A program made the position numbers and the translations under genes. From assembly GCF_902713615.1 (NCBI RefSeq), contig NC_052163.1, positions 22,764,248 through 22,828,247 of the forward strand: 64,000 nt of DNA, given 5' to 3'. A model generated the notes under the pieces. That model worked only from the letters and a program-made list of their open reading frames with translations. It made no database searches and was not told where the DNA came from. This stretch comes from Scyliorhinus canicula (taxonomy: Eukaryota). Shown in pieces: positions 53,811 to 64,000 of the stretch. Numbering within the stretch: the stretch's first letter is position 1; every line of letters begins with the position of its first letter.

Positions 53811-54638
53811 TATGTGAAGCACACAATAGAACACAAAATAATGCTAACCAGTGTGCCAATGGAGGAAACTAGACCTCAAGTGTATTTGAAAAAATGATTA
53901 AAACAAAGTGGAAATGTAAATTTTGAATAAGAATTATTGATTCACAAGAATTGTACTGGAGAATGTAATGTATTGTTAGTATGATGCAGAATATTTTCAA
54001 AAGCAAAATACGGGGGATGCTGAAAATCTGAGAGAGAAACTGAAAACGCTGGAGATACTATCTGTCGAGAGAGAGAAAAGTGGTTAATTCATCAGATCTC
54101 GTGAAGAAAGGTCACAGACCTTTTAAAAACCGCCGTGTATCGTATCAACATGACTTGTGTCAATGCTATTTTATTTGAGGAGGGAGCTGATGGTGGGATC
54201 CCTCTCCTTCAGATGCCATGAGCAATATGGTTTTGGTGAAACGTTTTCATCCAAATGAAAGGTTTTTAACGTGTGAAAGAATAGTCATAATATGTTAATA
54301 GACAACCAGATTTCCCCTCACTGTTTTGCCACTTCTAGTCTTACCAGGCCATGTACATTGCACAGCTGAGAGCACAGATGGGTGGTCTTTGTTTTGTAGG
54401 AGTCAGCACAGGCGGCAGCTCAGTGGCCCCTTGATCTTCATTTGTTTGGGATGATGTCTTCCCTTTTGCCCAGTGCTTCCCTTTTGCTAATAATCAGGAG
54501 CTCAATAATATAGAGTTCAGTTTAGTTTAGCTCAGTTGGCTGGACAGCTAATTTGTGATGCAGAGGAAGGCCAACAGTGCCAGTTCAATTCCCTTGCCAC
54601 CTGAGGTTATTCAGGAAGGCTGCACATTCTCAACCTAG

Positions 54639-54913
54639 TGATGCGACCATCAATTCACGCGAAACAGAGAGTAGACGTAAACTGTGGCTTTAATCAACTA
54701 GAACAGTGCCTGCCTGCGACTGCTCTACTAGTGGGAGCCGCCTACAGGTCAGCTGCTCTTTATACCTCCCCTGAAGGGGCGGAGCCCACAAGGGCACCAA
54801 CATGATACATTCTGTGTAACATCGTACAATGGTCCATAGGTGGAGTCCACATGGGCAACAGTGTGATACAGTGTAATACAGTGGTGAATGGTTAGTACAA
54901 TACGTTCACCACA
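54639..54913 (-). mobile_element. Solo LTR related to 8902-9169, inserted in a tRNA-derived SINE (about 54525-55025)
   Basis: Minus strand starts tgtggtgaacgtatt and ends gtgaattgatggtcgcatca; 5-bp TSD cctag (54634-54638 and 54914-54918). Confidence 0.88.
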
Positions 54914-55597
54914 CCTAGCTCCTCGCCTGAAGTGTGGTGACTCTGGTTAAATCACCACTAGTGCCCTCCCCCTCAAAGGGAAAGCAGCCTGTGGTCATCT
55001 GAGACTATGGCAACTTTACTTACTTTCATATGGAACTAGATTGTGTACCACCATTCCGTGCATTAGTGCTGGAATGCACTGTGCCATCAAATATTTAGTA
55101 TGGCATTGCATTGGTTCTACAGTTTCTTTGAAGATATCCTGGAATGCATCGCCCACAGTGATTCATTTAGCAATGTTTGAAATCTGTTTAAAACATTCTC
55201 AGTAAATTATGTCATAGACATAGACAGCACAGACACCTGTAGGGTAAATGGGAGTAATAAGTGATAGCATGACATTGGTAATGAGCACATATAGTAGATC
55301 ATTTGATTCTTCCGAGTTCCATTTTTAGTGCATTAGCTAATTTATGTGAAGTTAACAAAATTGTTCTGCACATCTGTGTTAACTGGTGTGATTAAAATGA
55401 CTGGTGTAATTTCACCCCTAAATATTTACATATTTTGATTCACTTGAGTGATTTTAACAATAGTGTGACCACTACTAATTCATCCCAGCCAGGGCACAGT
55501 GCATGTTGTGGCCTTCGACTATGCATGTGCGACAGCCTGTAATAACGCACCCTGTCATTCCCTTGTAGAAATTAAGAATTTGTTTTGGTTTTGGTAG

Positions 55598-55651
55598 ATT
55601 TATTCATGCCGAGGAAGCCACAGTGAAAAGAAGAAGAAGTTGAGAGACTGA
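55598..55651 (+). CDS. WIPI1: Probable WIPI1 terminal exon 13 equivalent, IYSCRGSHSEKKKKLRD*
   Basis: T-rich tract plus ttggtag| acceptor, phase 0. I..CRG plus basic tail resembles human IILCRGNQKGKTKQS*. Followed by an AT-rich UTR-like region with AATAAA motifs. Confidence 0.78.
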   Translation: MYSCRGSHSEKKKKLRD

Positions 55652-56215
55652 AAAAAAAGGATTAGTATCGTGAGCGAAGATAGTAATTATAGACAACACG
55701 ATTTGACGAGGAGTTCTGAAATCTGTACGCATGAGATGGAATAATTTCAATACAGTGTTTCTATTTTTAAAAAGAGCAAAACAGAATCCCAATTATTCAA
55801 CCTTCTATGTTGGTCACCAGCTTTAGTTGTTTTCAGGAAACCAAAATGGGTGTTATTCGGAAAAATACATGACCAAACCTAATCAAATTAGCACTACCAC
55901 ACTAAACAGAAAGGACCAATTTTCTTAGTGTGGTTATTTAATCCTATTATTTGGAAAGGTTATTTAATCCTATTATTTTGAAAGGTTTTATTATATTATG
56001 TTGAAAATGTTGTCCAGCTCTATTTTATGCTCTATGTATATTTTATATATAGTTATATATCTTAAACATATATAAATGTAGCAGTTTATCATCTTGAGCA
56101 ATGTCCTCGGCCAAATAGGCTGTCTAAAGTGCCTGTCCAAGTATTTTACCATGTCAGAGAATTGTGGATGAAACTGCACAAAACTGTAATGTTCACCAAA
56201 TAATGTAGTAGTAGA

Positions 56216-56476
56216 AATAAAATGTTGCAATATATGTTGTGTAATTATTTAATAAACGTTACGCAATGTTGTGCCATGAATATGTTTACATTTCAGACAC
56301 CACTACAAGTAAATGTTTCACATTGTAGGTATTTTATTTTTCAAAGATGATTTATTTTGACCATGGCAAGCAAATGTAGCTTGCAGCTCCAGAACACGAG
56401 TTAAATTGAGTCTCGTATTTGATTCAGTCACAGGCAGCTGGAAAAGTATAAATACACAAATGTATGTGAAAATAAA
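56216..56476 (+). terminator. Candidate polyadenylation signals for the distal WIPI1 3' UTR (AATAAA at 56216, 56251, 56471)
   Basis: Three hexamers 0.55-0.8 kb after the exon-13 stop, in AU-rich, repeat-poor sequence. Confidence 0.5.
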
Positions 56477-57084
56477 ATTAACAAGGAAGTAAAGCATAAG
56501 GTCAAATGGTGGACTTTCTCTAGCTTATACCCTTCCACCTTTTACGTCCCTACTTTTCAGATTTGATTTTATTACAGGGGTAAAAAGCACTCTGGCAGAG
56601 CACCAGCAGCCCATTTTGCACATTGCTTGATTATCCTTAGCAGATCAGTTGCCTGTTGATGCCTTAGCAGAACAGTTTGCCCCCACTTGAGATGAATTCC
56701 CCCCCCCCCCCCCTACATCTGATAGGCATCTTCTTTGCCTTTCTAACATTTTAAGAATGGATGAGGCAGCTTTTAACTTTTGGGTGGCTGTCAGAGACTG
56801 AAGCTGCTCAAGTAGGAAAGGTGAGCAACCCACTGGAAAGTGGTCGTTTGCAATCAGACATCCTGTTTCAGTGTAATATTGGGTAAACTAGACATCACCA
56901 CTGAGGGAGATGGGTGATGATGGCACAAAAGGTTGCTTGGAGCAAAGACAACTTGACAACAACCGTCTTTATTCATTAGTGGCTGCATTGCGGACAAAAC
57001 TGCTTGGAGTGCACACAATGCATGACCTGCCTGTTCTTTACTAAAATGGCAATCTAGAACCTATATACATTGTAGGAAAGATTG

Positions 57085-57685
57085 GGAGGAGACAGTGGTG
57101 TAGTGCCTATGTCACTGGACTAGTAATCCAGAGTCCTGGCTAATGCTCTGTGGACCTATGTTCAATATCCACCACAGCAATTAAATTAATAAATCTGCAA
57201 TTGAAAAAGCTAGTCTTTAATGGTAATCATGAAACTATAATTTTTTTTGTTAAAAATCCATCTGGTTCACTAATGGCTGGAACATCTGCTATCATAGAAC
57301 CATAGAAATCCTACAGTGCAGAAGGAGGCCATTCAGCTAATCAAGTCTATACCAATCCTCCAAACCTAGGCCCAATCCCCCCGCAACCCCACCTAACCGT
57401 CTGACACTAAGGAGCAATTTTTAGCAAAGCCGATCCACCTTACCGTTCGACTGAGAGGAATCGAGCACCCGGAGGAAACTCCGCACAGACAGTCCCACAA
57501 GGCCGCAATTGAACCCAGGTCCCTGGTGCTGTGAGGCAGCAGAGCTAACCATCGTGCCACCATGCTGCCATACTTACTGGTTTGGCCTTTGCAACTCCAC
57601 ACCACTAGAAATGACCTGTAACTGTTTAGCTGGAAGGGTAACCAACGCTGGCCTTGCCAGCAATGCCCACATCCCATGAAAGAAC
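57085..57685 (+). mobile_element. tRNA-derived SINE sharing head and tail with LINE family B, interrupted by an HE1-like SINE (about 57292-57570, -)
   Basis: Head cactggactagtaatccagag matches 36930-36950 (-). Tail tggccttgccagcaatgcccacatcccatgaa matches 53045-53085 (-). Confidence 0.65.
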
Positions 57686-58661
57686 AAAGAAATAAAAAGG
57701 AGGGCAGCATGGTGGCACAGTGGGTTAGCACTGCGGCCTCTCAGCGCCGAGGTCCCAGGTTCAATCCCGGCTCTGGGTCACTGTCCGTGTGGAGTTTGCA
57801 CATTCTCCCCGTGTTTGAGTGGGTTTCGCCCCCACGACACAAAGATGTGCAGGGTAGGTGGATTGGCCAAGCTAAATTGCCCCTTAATTGGAAAAAAAAT
57901 GAATTGGGCACTCTAAATTTATTTTTAAAAAGAAATAAAAAGGATCCTGATTTGCATGTTAATAGAAAAGCCCTTCAACCGCCTAACGGTAAACTCCTTT
58001 TATAATGGATAGCTGGATTGCAGCAAATCTACCAGTCCCATTGCGATTATTACCACCTCACTGATACCATTTAAAATCTCGCAGTGCATTCTCTAAATCT
58101 CTTTGGCTACAGCAGCATGTTTAGGAGATCCTTTTACAGAGAATACACACCACAGAAATGAGCCATTCCGCCGTTGATGCCACCATTTGCCTTCTGTTTG
58201 AGCCTGCTCTCCCATCTAATTCTATCAGCATAATTCTCCCTCATGCTTTTCTAGCTCCCATAATGCACCGATGTTATACAAGTCAGCTACTCTGATAACG
58301 AGTTTCACATTTTCACCATTCCGTGAGTACGGACGTTTCTTCTTGGTACATATTTTAATTTCTTTGTGACTTTCTTATATTGACGGCTGTTGTTTCCGAA
58401 TTAGTAAAACATGGGGCTGAACTTTCCAGGCCTATTAGCAACAGACTGTTGGAACAGTGTCTGGCAATATAACAGAAGGAAGACAGTGGGAGAGATTCCA
58501 TATTGCCAGTGGCAGGAAACCTGGCTACACATATTCGACTTTGGATTCAAGTTTTAAAAACAGCATTTTATGAATATTTTGTAACATTGATTTGTCTCTG
58601 GCGCTGTAGGAAATTAAAATGCACAGTTGTCATGTACAGAATGGACCTCTGACAATGGACT

Positions 58662-61600
58662 TTTTAAAAAAAAATTATTTTTATTGGAATTTTTTGAAAA
58701 ATATATATCAACAAAACAATAATAAAAATAATAATAATAAACACCCCCCCGCACCCCCTCAGGGCGAACTTAACCCTCTCCAACTTAATGAATCCCGCCA
58801 TGTCATTAATCCAGGTCTCCACACTCGGAGGTCTTGCATCTTTCCACTGCAGCAAGATCCTCCGCCGGGCTACTAGGGACGCAAAGGCCAAGACATCGGC
58901 TTCTTTCGCCTCCTGCACTCCCGGCTCCACCCCAATCCCAAATATCGCGAGTCCCCAGCCTGGCTTGACCCTGGATCCCACCACCCTCGACACCGTCCCT
59001 GCCACCCCCTTCCAGAGCTCCTCCAGTGCCGTGCATGCCCAGAACATATGGGCATGGTTCGCTGGACACCCCGAACACCTGACGCACCTGTCTTCGCCTC
59101 CAAAGAACCTACTCATCCTAGATCCGGACATGTGGGCCCGGTGCAGCACCTTGAACTGGATGAGACTAAGCCTCGCACATGAAGAGGAGGAGTTCACCCT
59201 CTCCAGGGCGTCCGCCCATGTCCCCTCCTCAATCTGCACCCCCAGCTCCACCTCCCACTTAGCCTTCAGCTCCTCTACCGACACCTCCCCCACCTCCTGC
59301 ATTACCTGGTAGATGTCAGACACCTTCCTATCCCCGACCCACACCCCCGAAAGCACCCTATCCCTTGCCCCCCGTGGGGGCAGCAAAGGGAACCCCTCCA
59401 CCTGTCGCCTAGCAAACGCCTTGACCTGAAGGTACCTGAACATACTCCCCGGGGGGAGCTCAAACTTCTCCAGTTCACCAAGGCTCGCGAATCTCCCGTC
59501 AATAAACAGGTCTCCCAACTTCCTGATGCCCACCCTGTGCCACCCCAGGAACCCGCCATCCATGTTCCCTGGGACAAACCGGTGGTTCCCCCGTAGCGGG
59601 GCCTCCACCGAGCCCCCACTGTGTCGCCTCCACTGCCCCCAAATTTTGAGGGTGGCCGCCACCACCGGGCTCGTGGTGTACCTCGTTGGAGGGAGCGGCA
59701 ACGGAGCCGTTACCAGTGCCTTCAGGCTCGTGCCTCCGCAGGACGCCATCTCCATCCTTTTCCATGCTGCCCCCTCCCCATCCATTACCCACTTGCGTAC
59801 CATCGAGACATTAGCCGCCCAATAGTACCCAGAGAGGTTGGGCAGCACCGCTCAACCTCTATCCCTGCCCCGCTCCAAAAAGACCCTCCTTACCCTCGGA
59901 GTCCCATGCGCCCAAACAAATCCCAGAATGCTGCTGTTCACCCTCCTAAAAAAGGTCCTCGGAACGAAAATAGGGAGGCACTGAAACAAAAACAAAAACC
60001 TCGGGAGCACCGTCATTTTAACGGACTGTACTCTACCCGCCAACGACAATGGCAGCATGTCCACCCTTTTAAATTCCTCCTCCATCTGCTCCACCAACCT
60101 AGTAAAATTGAGCTTGTGCAGAGTCCCCCAGCTCCTAGCCACCTGAACCCCAGGTACCTAAAACACCTCACTGCCCTCTTTAGTGGGAGCCTACCAATTC
60201 CCTCCTCCTGATCTCCCGGGTGTACGACAAACAGCTCACTCTTGCCCAGGTTCAATTTATATCCCGAGAAACTCCCGAACTCAGCAAGAATCTCCATCAC
60301 CTCCGGCATTCCCCCCACCGGGTCTGCTACAAACAACAGCAAGTCGTCCACATACAGCGACACTCGGTGCTCCTCCCCACCTCGACCAAACCCCTCCACC
60401 CCCTCGACTCCCTGAGAGCCATGGCAAGAGGCTCTATTGCCAGCGCAAAAAGCAAGGGGGACAGGGGGCACCCCTGCCTCGTCCCACGGTGGAGCCTGAA
60501 GTACTCGGACCTCCTCCCATTTGTCGCTACACTCGCCATCGGGGCCTCGTACAGCAACCTCACCCATTTAATAAACCCCACCCCAAACCCGAACCTCTCC
60601 AACACCTCCCACAAGTACCCCCACTCAACCCTGTCAAAGGCCTTCTCCGTATCCAATGCCACCACGATCTCCGCCTCTCCTTCTGCTGCCGTCATCATTA
60701 TCACATTTAGCAGCCTTCGCACGTTAGTGTTCAGCTGCTTCCCCTTCACAAAACCCGTCTGATCTTCATGTACCACCCTGGCACCCAGTCCTCTATTCTA
60801 GTGGCCAAGATCTTCGCCAGCAACTTGGCGTCTACATTCAGCAGTGAAATCAGCCTGTATGAACCGCACTGCAAGGGGTCCTTATCACGCTTCAGGATCA
60901 TGGAGATTAGTGCCCGAGACATCGTCGTGGGCAGAACACCCCCCTCCCATGCCTCGTTAAAGGTCCTGACCAACAGGGGGCCCAGCAGGTCCGCATATTT
61001 CTTATAAAATTCAACCGAGAACCCATCCGGTCCCGGCGCCTTCCCCGACTGCATGTGGCCAATCCCACTGACCAGCTCCTCCAACTCGATCGGCGCCCCC
61101 AGTCCCTCCACCTGCTCCTCCTGCACCCTTGGAAATCGGAGCCTGTCCAAAAAATTCTCCATTCCCCCTCCCACAGCCGGCGGCTCCGACCGGTACAGTT
61201 CCCTATAGAAGTCCCGAAAGACCTCATTGACCTCTGCCCCCTGCCGCACCACATTGCCACCTCTATCCTTCACTCCATCAATCTCTCTAGCCGCGTCCCG
61301 CTTACGCAGCTGGTGCGCCAGCATCCTGCTCGCCTTCTCTCCATACTCATAGACCGCTCCCTGCGCCTTCCTCCACTGTGTCTCCGCCTTTCTGGTGGTC
61401 AATAAATCAAACTTGGCCTGCAAGCTACGCCGTTCCCCCAGCAATCCCTCCTCCGGGGCCTCCGCGTACCTCCTATCTACACTCAACAGCTCCTCCACCA
61501 GTCTCTCCCTCTCCCTCCTCTCCCCCCTCTCCCTATGGGCTCAGATGGAGATCAGCTCCCCCCTAATCACTGCCTTCAGAGCCTCCCACACCATCCCCAC

Positions 61601-64000
61601 CTGGACCTCCACAGTGTCATTGACCTCAAGGTACCTCTCGATACATCCCCGAACCCTCCTACACACCTCCTCATCAGCCAACAACCCCATGTCCAGACGC
61701 CAAAGCGAGCGCTGGTCCCGCGCCTCCCCCATCTCCAGATCCACCCAATGTGGAGCATGGTCCGAAATCACGATAGCCGAATATTCGGCCTCCTCCACCC
61801 TCGGGGACCAGTCCCCTGCTCAAAACAAAGAAATCAATGCGGGAATAAAACCTGTGCTCATGGGAGAAAAAGGAGTACTCCCGAGCCCTCAGCCTCCCGA
61901 ACCTCCAGGGATCCACTCCTCCCATCTGGTCCATAAACCCTCTCAATACCTTGGCCGCCGCTGGCCTCCTGCCTGTCCTTGAGCTGGAACGATCCAGTAG
62001 GGGATCCAGCACCGTATTGAAGTTGTCCCCCTCCATGATCAAGCCCCCCACATCCAGGCCAGGAATGCGGCCCAACATACGCCTCATGAAACCAGCATCA
62101 TCCCAATTTGTACACATTAACCAACACCACACTCTCCCCCTGCAGCTTAGCACTCACTATCACATATCTGCCGCCACTATCAGCCACAACCTCAGACGCC
62201 TCAAACACCACCTTCTTCCCCACCAGGATCGCCACCCCCCGGTTCTTCGAGTCGAGCCCTGAGTGGAAAACCTGCCCCACCCACCATCCTCAGACGGACC
62301 TGGTCCGCCACATTCAGGTGGGTCTCCTGGAGCATGGCCACGTCCGCCTTCAGCCCCTTCAGATGCGAAAACACTCCGGCCCGCTTAACCGGCCCATTCA
62401 ACCCCCTCACGTTCCACGTAATCAGCCGGATCAGGGGGCACCCCGCCCCCCCTCCCCCGTCGACTAGCCATAGCCCATCGACTGCTCGCCCCTGGCCAGC
62501 ACCCAATCGGCCCGTTTCCCACGGCGATAGAACCTCACCCCGACCCCCCCGAACTCCTCCCTGGCCAATCCAGCAGCAACCCGGTAACCCGGTATCTCCC
62601 CCCCCCCCCCCCCCCCCCCCCCCCCAGGCTAGGACCCCTCCTAGCCGCGACTCTCCCTCCACTGTACTCCCGTGAGCCAGCTGACTTCTGCTGACCCCGG
62701 CAGCTCCCGCTCTAACTCCGACCCCTCCCGGTATGAGGTCCCCCCTCCTCCCCTGCATCAGGTCCTGGGCACCGCTTCGGCGCGGGAAACCCGGTCTAAT
62801 AACCACGCCCCTCGCCACCAGCTCCACCCCATCATCCCGCAGCGCGGGAAACCAGAGAAAAGCCCGCGCTTTCACACTGCCCCACCCCACCAACGCAGCT
62901 CCCAAACAGCAGTCGCAACCCAACCACCAACTCCGTACAAACAAAGACACAGATCAACCACAAACCCCAGTACCCCCCTTAGAACACAGAACCATAACCC
63001 ACATCGTCCGAAAGCGAGAGAAAAAACAAAAACAAACAGAATAACCCGCTACAGCATAAACAATGATACATGAATAGAATAGAAAAACTCCCACAGCCCC
63101 CAATCTCTAGTTCGAGTCCAGCTTTTCAGCCTGCACAAAGGCCCACGCTTCCTCCGGGGACTCAAAGTAGTGATGCCGGTCCTTGTAGGTGACCCACAGG
63201 CACGCAGGTGGCAACATGCCGAACTTCACCTGCTTTCCGTGGAGCACCGCCTACCCGGCTCTCTGCTTGGCCACCTCCGCACTCCAGTCCTGGTAGATAC
63301 ACACTACCGAATTCTCCCACTTACTACTTCTCACCTTCTTGGCCCATCGGAGAACACACTCCCGGTCACTGAACCGATGGAACCGCACCAGCACCGCCTA
63401 CGGGGGTTCATTCGCCTTAGGCCGCCTGGCAAGCACTCTATGGGCCCCCTCCAGCTCCAGGGGCAGATGGAAGGATCCTGCCCCCACCAGCGAGTTCAAC
63501 ATCACGGCCACATAAGCCGGCAGGTCCGACCCCTCCAGCCCCTCCTCGAGGCCCAGGATCCGCAGGTTCTTCCTCCGTGACCGAAGCTCCATCTCCTCGA
63601 ACCGATCCTGCCACTTTTTATGAAGTGCCTCGTGTATCTCCACCTTCCCCACGAGGGCCGAAACCTCCTCCTCGCGTTCAGAGGCCTGCTGCTGCAACTC
63701 GAGTATCGCTGCACCCTGGGTTGTCTGGGTCTCCAGCAGCTTACTCGTCGTCACCTTCAGGGATTCCAACAACTCCCCTTTCAGCTCCGTGAAATAGCGC
63801 AGAAGGGCCGCCTGCTGCTACTACTACTCCGCCCACTGCCTCCACTCCTCAGGGGCTCCACCATTTTGTCCACCTTCCCCCGCTTTTCCAGGGGAGCTAC
63901 TGCCGTTTTTCTCCTCGCCCCACTTCGAGTCTGAACCATAAATCCCGGGGGGTTTTGCTCCAGACCCCTTTATCCACCGGGAATCGTCGAATCAGCGCCG
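58662..64000 (-). mobile_element. Near-full-length L1-clade LINE: ORF1 about 63107-63939, spacer about 630 bp, ORF2 about 62471-58755, disrupted by frameshifts
   Basis: ORF1 SRRKNLRILGL. APE endonuclease ITWNVRGL, LQETH, SRIDFF, SDHAP. RT GKAPGPDG, RQGCPLSPLLF, YVDD. CCHC knuckle CVRC...HMFWAC. AATAAA and A-rich tail near 58662-58690. Confidence 0.95.

Noticed and set aside
54400-54513. Alternative last exon after ttttgtag (ESAQAAAQW...)
   Set aside because: No similarity to WIPI tails; the 55598 exon fits much better.
54360-58660. 3' exon of ARSG on the minus strand (tail-to-tail neighbour of WIPI1 in human)
   Set aside because: No ARSG-like C-terminal peptide found; a CRLC* at about 54402-54416 has no upstream similarity.

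Overview
Eukaryotic (vertebrate) genomic DNA. The repeat content (HE1-like V-SINEs, CR1/HER1-like LINEs, DeuSINE-like elements, Penelope hairpins) suggests an elasmobranch such as a catshark; this is inference. The only host gene I can support is WIPI1 (Atg18/PROPPIN family) on the + strand. Eleven coding exons equivalent to human exons 3-13 can be read with canonical GT-AG boundaries and continuous phase: join(8596..8765,14030..14126,16567..16664,17949..18041,20823..20893,25942..26049,33327..33494,37263..37370,42395..42516,43090..43190,55598..55651), 1190 nt ending in TGA. Exons 1-2 were not found and probably lie upstream of the window. Exon 12 can also read through its donor to a TAA at 43209-43211, giving an alternative C-terminus. 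The rest is a dense, nested set of transposable elements: two L1-clade elements at the window edges, CR1-group LINEs, Gypsy remnants, three solo LTRs, hAT and Harbinger-like DNA elements, many tRNA-derived SINEs and Penelope-derived hairpins. Most ORF-track entries are spurious or TE fragments. Best leads: (1) an intronic Penelope insert with a minimal hammerhead-ribozyme core locked in a perfect 74-bp hairpin; (2) a CR1-group LINE that appears to start with a tRNA-like SINE head, plus a SINE made of that head and the LINE tail; (3) one SINE head carrying two different LINE-partner tails; (4) the alternative WIPI1 C-termini. I found no convincing wholly new protein-coding system. TE boundaries without TSD or TIR evidence are approximate.
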